Shown here in pieces: positions 59,621 to 64,000 of a stretch of 64,000 nt of DNA (positions within the stretch are counted from its first letter, which is position 1; each line of letters starts with the position of its first letter). The DNA comes from a virus, in the IMG/VR virus record IMGVR_UViG_3300029319_009044, positions 32,001 through 96,000 of that record; one strand, written 5' to 3'. The notes under the pieces were generated by a model. It worked only from the letters and a program-made list of their open reading frames with translations. It made no database searches and had not been told where the DNA came from. Both the position numbers and the translations under genes were made by a program.

Positions 59621-60047
59621 ACAGTTCTTTGCAGAAAAGACTGTATTAGGTCTTATTGAATTTTTTGATGTAGATGGTGTAGGTAAGATTCCATCTAAAT
59701 TAGATTCTGGTAATGGTGCATTTAACGTTATACATGGTGAAGATATCCAAATACAAGGTAATAAGGTTCATTTCAAGACTGTTAATAATAAACGTCTAAT
59801 GAAAGATAAGGTTGACGATATTACTATTAATGTTGGAGCAGGTCATACTGAAGATAGACCTGTAGTTAATTTTGATTTAAAAATTGGTAACAAGGAATAT
59901 AAAGATATTCCATTTTCTGTAGGAGATAGAACTACTAACCTATTTAAAATATTAGTTAGTAAAGATTTTATTGAAAAAGAGCTTGACGCTCTAATAGATG
60001 TCAGTAAAGAAAATATAGCCCATAAGGATATAGAGGCAAATTATTAA
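59607..60047 (+). CDS. Retropepsin-like aspartic protease (RimK-associated / RimB-like)
   Basis: LGLIE...G.I..KLDSG, EDRPVV, F..GDR, IL...F; MKKFKQFFAE start. Confidence 0.72.
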   Translation: MKKFKQFFAEKTVLGLIEFFDVDGVGKIPSKLDSGNGAFNVIHGEDIQIQGNKVHFKTVNNKRLMKDKVDDITINVGAGHTEDRPVVNFDLKIGNKEYKDIPFSVGDRTTNLFKILVSKDFIEKELDALIDVSKENIAHKDIEANY

Positions 60048-60574
60048 TACCAAGTTGGCTTCCATCTTGTAGTCCAGGTTGCGAAAGGTTTATCATAACG
60101 AATATATTCTCTATATTTGTCAATCGTTGAAAGATTATCAAAATTATCTATAAGTCTACAATCACAATCATTACTGATAGCTAGAGCATAACTAGTTAAA
60201 CCAGTCTTACTCATAATAGTATTATGAATATTTTTACCACACCATTCAATAAACGTTTTTGTAAAATGCTCTTTTGATTCAGGCCATCTATACATACGCT
60301 CATTAAACATTTCTAACGTGTGATCAACTAACCATTTAAAGTTATCTTTAGTTTCTCTAGCCCATATAGAGCATTGATGGTTAAAATAACCTTTACCTCT
60401 ACGTCTAGGTTTACCAGTAGAAGTTCTAGGTGTAGATGAATGATCTAATACTTCTTGCGGAAATGCATGCGCTAACATGATAGCACCTTCAATTTGCATT
60501 TTAGATCTTACGTGTTGATCACACAGATTATATGTAGAGACGATAGGATCGTCATCCGTCACAAAAATATTCAT
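60044..60574 (-). CDS. Pyrimidine-dimer DNA glycosylase-like protein (DenV-related family)
   Basis: MNIF..D.DP.......CDQHV..KM.IE, NHQCSIWARE, YREY. Confidence 0.65.
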   Translation of the reverse strand: MNIFVTDDDPIVSTYNLCDQHVRSKMQIEGAIMLAHAFPQEVLDHSSTPRTSTGKPRRRGKGYFNHQCSIWARETKDNFKWLVDHTLEMFNERMYRWPESKEHFTKTFIEWCGKNIHNTIMSKTGLTSYALAISNDCDCRLIDNFDNLSTIDKYREYIRYDKPFATWTTRWKPTWY

Positions 60575-60596
60575 TCCTTTATTGTAAAAATGTTCC

Positions 60597-61646
60597 TTAT
60601 CTTAATCCAGTAGATTCGAAAACATCTCTAGTAACACCAGCTTTAAAGCCACCTTCAATACCTTTTACTATAACTGATACAGCATTATGACTATGTAAGC
60701 TTTCGTTATGAGAAGCAACAATCTTAAAGTCTAAAATACGAGATTCATTAGTAAGCTTTTCATAAAGCAATCTAACAGCATCTTCTACAAACTTTAGATA
60801 AGCACCATTTTTCTCTGCAAATGCTTGCTCATCTTCTCTCTTAACCATAACTTGCGTTTCAGTTTGTAAAGCAGCTAAACATAACTCTTGAATATCTTCA
60901 ATCCAAAGCATATCTTCAAATCTAACACTTACACGAGCAACACTTCTTTGACTATGAGGTACAGTAGCTCTATTGCGATACTTTTCTGCATGCTCACTTA
61001 ACTCGAAGCTACAAGGACAAGCAGATGAATAAACAAAATCGAAATGAATATACTTTTTAAATTCACCTTCTTTAGTTAAATCACCTTCAAATACTACATC
61101 GTAATATTGATAACCTTCTAACCCGCTGCGTAAACTATTTTGTTTAATAGGGTAAGAAATCTTAAGCATTATTCTAGAATCAAAACATTTAAGATTATTT
61201 TTATAAGTTTCTAAAACATCTTTGATCTTATCAATACTAAATGTCTCATCTTTATGATCGTAAAAACTTCTCATAATACGTGACATATTGATACCTTTCT
61301 TATGAGCTTCTAAACTAACACTACCGGTAACACTTGTTTCTAGTTCAATAGTTTTACCGTTTCGCTTTTTATAAGTAAGAGGTAATTTAAAGTTATGAAT
61401 ACCTACTTGTTGTATAGGTACTGCTGCTCCTTGAATTAAACTAGAAGGTCCATTTTGTAGATCAGGTAAAGAGGAAATATATTTTTTAGTAGCATTAACT
61501 TTATCATCATAAACTCTAATAGGAGGAAAATAACTCTTACTATATTCACTACCCATTATTTCTTTTGCTACAATATCCTTTTCACCAGTTAGTTCATCAT
61601 CTTCACCTAACCACTCATAATTAGAATCTTCTTTACTTTTACTCAT
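60597..61646 (-). CDS. folE2: GTP cyclohydrolase IB (FolE2/MptA type)
   Basis: KGINMSRI, SSACPCS, PHSQRS, VKREDE, ESLHSHNA. Confidence 0.92.
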   Translation of the reverse strand: MSKSKEDSNYEWLGEDDELTGEKDIVAKEIMGSEYSKSYFPPIRVYDDKVNATKKYISSLPDLQNGPSSLIQGAAVPIQQVGIHNFKLPLTYKKRNGKTIELETSVTGSVSLEAHKKGINMSRIMRSFYDHKDETFSIDKIKDVLETYKNNLKCFDSRIMLKISYPIKQNSLRSGLEGYQYYDVVFEGDLTKEGEFKKYIHFDFVYSSACPCSFELSEHAEKYRNRATVPHSQRSVARVSVRFEDMLWIEDIQELCLAALQTETQVMVKREDEQAFAEKNGAYLKFVEDAVRLLYEKLTNESRILDFKIVASHNESLHSHNAVSVIVKGIEGGFKAGVTRDVFESTGLR

Positions 61647-61698
61647 TTATAGCTATATTATAGTTACAATATTTTATTTTCAAGACTAAATATTGTAT

Positions 61699-62124
61699 AT
61701 GGCTAAATTGTCACAAAAAGAATTAGTACAGGAAGGCATAACTAGCCTTATTAGTAAGGGTTTAAAGAAGGGTGCCCAGGCAGTAGGTGCTGTAGGTGGT
61801 GCTCTTAAAGCAGTTTCTGATGCTGGTATAGATGCAGGAGTAGGTAATGTTGTAAGAGGAGCAAAAGCTGGTTCGGAAGGAACTAAAAAATTTTTAACAG
61901 GTAAAGATAAAAAGCTTAATGATACTATAGAAGATTTAGGTTACTATAAAGATGAAGATTCTATAGTTAAAGGTAAAGGCGATATAAGGGTTGTAGATGT
62001 AAATGATTTAGATTATGATTCTGAAGGTAAACAAAAAGCAGGTAAAAATAATTACAATCTTATTATTAAGTGGGATAAAGACTCTAAATCATGGTCGTTA
62101 GTTAGAGCTAAAAAAACTTCCTAG
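61699..62124 (+). CDS. Hypothetical late protein (start probably ATG 61699, MAKLSQKELVQE)
   Basis: TAAATA at 61687-61692 then N6-ATG; Gly/Ala/Lys amphipathic segment. Confidence 0.5.
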   Translation: MAKLSQKELVQEGITSLISKGLKKGAQAVGAVGGALKAVSDAGIDAGVGNVVRGAKAGSEGTKKFLTGKDKKLNDTIEDLGYYKDEDSIVKGKGDIRVVDVNDLDYDSEGKQKAGKNNYNLIIKWDKDSKSWSLVRAKKTS

Positions 62125-62204
62125 TAAAAGTTGCAATCGAAAAAATAAGATATAATTATCCGAGATTGGGACGAGGGAGACTACTTTAAATTTCTTCAAG
62201 GTAG

Positions 62205-62232
62205 TTGATTTATTTTTTATTCTTACTATAAT
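62205..62232 (+). promoter_or_regulatory. Sigma70-like promoter for queD (TTGATT-N16-TATAAT-N6-ATG)
   Basis: Read directly. Confidence 0.6.
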
Positions 62233-62238
62233 ACCTGT

Positions 62239-62850
62239 ATGACTTATACTTCATCAAAAGTAATTGAACTAGGATCTGCAGCTTTTCGTCAACCTAATGC
62301 TAGTTCACATTGCAAATATTTACATGGATATCAATTAAAAGCAGAGTTAACATTTGGTTGTAAAGAACTAGATGATAATAATTGGGTATACGACTTTGGT
62401 GGTTTAAAAGATCTCAAAACTATTTTCAATAATCAATTTGATCATACTACTGTTATATCAGGTAGTGATCCTGAGTTAGATACATTTAAAGAATTAGCTA
62501 ATAAAGATATTATTCAATTAAGAATTATGGATGGTGGTGTAGGTATTGAAAAATTTGCTGAATGGTGTTTTAAGACTGCAGATACTTTCGTTGATGAAGC
62601 TTCTGAAGGTCGTGTTTGGGTAGAAAATGTTACAGTATATGAGCATAGTAATAATTTTGCTTCTATTGGTAAAAGGCCTAAAGCTTCAACATTATATGTA
62701 AATGAAGAAGGTACCAAAACATATGTAGAAGTTGAAGAAGAAGCAACTGAAGAAACTTCAGCTCATAACCCTCGCGCTGCTAGAGTAGGTTCAGATGTAA
62801 GAGAAGGTAACTTTAGCGATCCCTTTGCAGGTACTTCATGGGGTAATTAA
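62239..62850 (+). CDS. queD: 6-carboxy-5,6,7,8-tetrahydropterin synthase
   Basis: FRQ...SHCKYLHGY, WVYDFGGLK, FDH, G.EKFA, VYEH..N.A; acidic C-terminal extension. Confidence 0.88.
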   Translation: MTYTSSKVIELGSAAFRQPNASSHCKYLHGYQLKAELTFGCKELDDNNWVYDFGGLKDLKTIFNNQFDHTTVISGSDPELDTFKELANKDIIQLRIMDGGVGIEKFAEWCFKTADTFVDEASEGRVWVENVTVYEHSNNFASIGKRPKASTLYVNEEGTKTYVEVEEEATEETSAHNPRAARVGSDVREGNFSDPFAGTSWGN

Positions 62851-63575
62851 GCACCTAATACTGAGCAAATAAATCTTAGTATTTTACTTCTCGCTATTTC
62901 GGTATTACCAAACTTAAAAGAATATATATTATTTTCAGCACATTTATCTGTATTAAAAGAATTGAATATTTCTTTGTAGCCTGATTTATTAACATCAGCT
63001 TGGTTACAATCACCAATAACTACATATCTAGAATCTCTTCCAAATCTAGTTAATATAGTAGTAAGCTCTTTACGTGATAAATTTTGCGCTTCGTCTACAA
63101 TTACTAAAGATTTATTGAATGTTAAACCTCTTACAAAATTTACTGGTATAGCTTCAATCAAGCCTTGCTTCTTTAAATTGCTACATACACCTGGACCAGC
63201 TATTTCAGATACCTTTTCATCTAAAGGTATAGCATAAGGTGAAAATTTATCATCTATTTCACCAGGTAATGAACCTAAACTCTTCTCTGCTGATTCAGCT
63301 ATGGATCTAATATAGACTAATCTGCTAAAAGATTCATCTCTTATTAATTCTAAACCAGCATATACAGCGATATATGTTTTCATGCTACCTGCTGGACCAT
63401 CTACAAAAGCCATTTTAGTATTTGTATCTTTTAAACAGTTATAAAATTGCTTATGTGCAGGATTAAAATAAAACGGTCGCTTTATTTTAAAGGAGAAAAG
63501 ATGATTATGTTCAAATGCTTCCGCGAGATCTAAATCAGAACTCGCCCGACGTTTACGAACGGTCTTTATACTCAT
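62847..63575 (-). CDS. phoH: PhoH-like ATPase
   Basis: GPAGSMKT, LGSLPG, RGLTF, VDEAQN, TR.G, GD..Q.D. Confidence 0.92.
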   Translation of the reverse strand: MSIKTVRKRRASSDLDLAEAFEHNHLFSFKIKRPFYFNPAHKQFYNCLKDTNTKMAFVDGPAGSMKTYIAVYAGLELIRDESFSRLVYIRSIAESAEKSLGSLPGEIDDKFSPYAIPLDEKVSEIAGPGVCSNLKKQGLIEAIPVNFVRGLTFNKSLVIVDEAQNLSRKELTTILTRFGRDSRYVVIGDCNQADVNKSGYKEIFNSFNTDKCAENNIYSFKFGNTEIARSKILRFICSVLGA

Positions 63576-63591
63576 ATATATTATTATTTAG

Positions 63592-63619
63592 TTGAAAACT
63601 CCCTCTAACCCTATATAAT
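63592..63619 (+). promoter_or_regulatory. Sigma70-like promoter for queE (TTGAAA-N16-TATAAT-N7-ATG)
   Basis: Read directly. Confidence 0.6.
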
Positions 63620-63626
63620 TTTATAT

Positions 63627-64000
63627 ATGTCTATAGATTGTGATAAAGAAACGTTACTAGTATCTGATGATAAAGCCTTTTATACTTTAGAGGGTGAAGG
63701 TGAATTTGTGGGTATGCCTTCAGTATTCTTTAGGTTATCGATGTGTAATCTTACATGTAAGGGATTTGCTTCTGAAGATTCACCTCATGGTTGTGATTCT
63801 TATATTTCATGGTCAGTAAAGAATAAAATGACCTTTAATGAGATATTCGAATACTTTGAAAAACATAATCTGGTAGAGAAGTTAAAGAATGGGGCTATTT
63901 TTAAATTAACTGGTGGTGAACCTATGGTACAGCAAAAGCAATTGCTTAAGTTTATTGGTGCATTTATTGAAAAGTATGATTTTCATCCGTTAATTGACTT
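63627..64000 (+). CDS. queE: 7-carboxy-7-deazaguanine synthase (radical SAM), partial; absent from the ORF track
   Basis: Manual translation MSIDCDKETLLVSDDKAFYTLEGEGEFVGMPSVFFRLSMCNLTCKGFASEDSPHGCDSYISW...KLTGGEPM. Confidence 0.88.
   Translation, partial: MSIDCDKETLLVSDDKAFYTLEGEGEFVGMPSVFFRLSMCNLTCKGFASEDSPHGCDSYISWSVKNKMTFNEIFEYFEKHNLVEKLKNGAIFKLTGGEPMVQQKQLLKFIGAFIEKYDFHPLID

Noticed and set aside
1-64000. Stop-codon reassignment
   Set aside because: Core genes are full length in the standard code and TAA, TAG and TGA all end genes
1-64000. tRNA or rRNA genes
   Set aside because: Intergenic gaps are nearly all too short and no cloverleaf with a T-loop motif was recognised by eye; tRNAscan was not run
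36800-64000. dpdA / tRNA-guanine transglycosylase gene
   Set aside because: No ORF shows TGT-like motifs; the KLDSG in 59607 fits a retropepsin. The gene may lie outside the window

Overview
An AT-rich 64 kb segment of a large T4-like (Tevenvirinae-like, myovirus) bacteriophage genome, probably aquatic and of unknown host, read in the standard genetic code. Positions 2.9-27.3 kb (+) carry baseplate and tail genes: gp25, gp6, PKD-domain proteins, gp10-like and tail-collar fibres, a gp38-like glycine-rich adhesin and a 1331-aa beta-helix repeat protein. Positions 27-52 kb (mostly -) carry the replication, recombination and late-transcription core: gp61 primase, RNase H, gp45 clamp, gp32, gp41, UvsX, gp43, gp46/47, gp55, UvsW and UvsY. 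The gp44 clamp loader and dUTPase lie apart at the left end. A dispersed 7-deazaguanine pathway (FolE2, QueD, QueE, a QueC lacking most zinc cysteines, a stand-alone class II amidotransferase) sits with two glycosyltransferases; no DpdA is visible in the window. Positions 52-60 kb (+) form a late cluster whose proteins start with T4-type capsid-targeting peptides. It includes basic polyproteins with repeated E-[DN]-[AN]-E linkers, a ligase-superfamily nucleotidyltransferase, a HIGH-type nucleotidyltransferase, a PD-(D/E)xK nuclease and a RimB-like aspartic protease, and is a candidate virion-packaged injected toolkit. Most operon-leading genes have a promoter -10 element about 5-8 nt before the start codon with no Shine-Dalgarno, implying leaderless mRNAs. 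Three promoter classes are visible: TAAATA late, TTGA-N16-TATAAT, and an unexplained GGAAC class. All protein calls are motif recognition by eye, not database searches.
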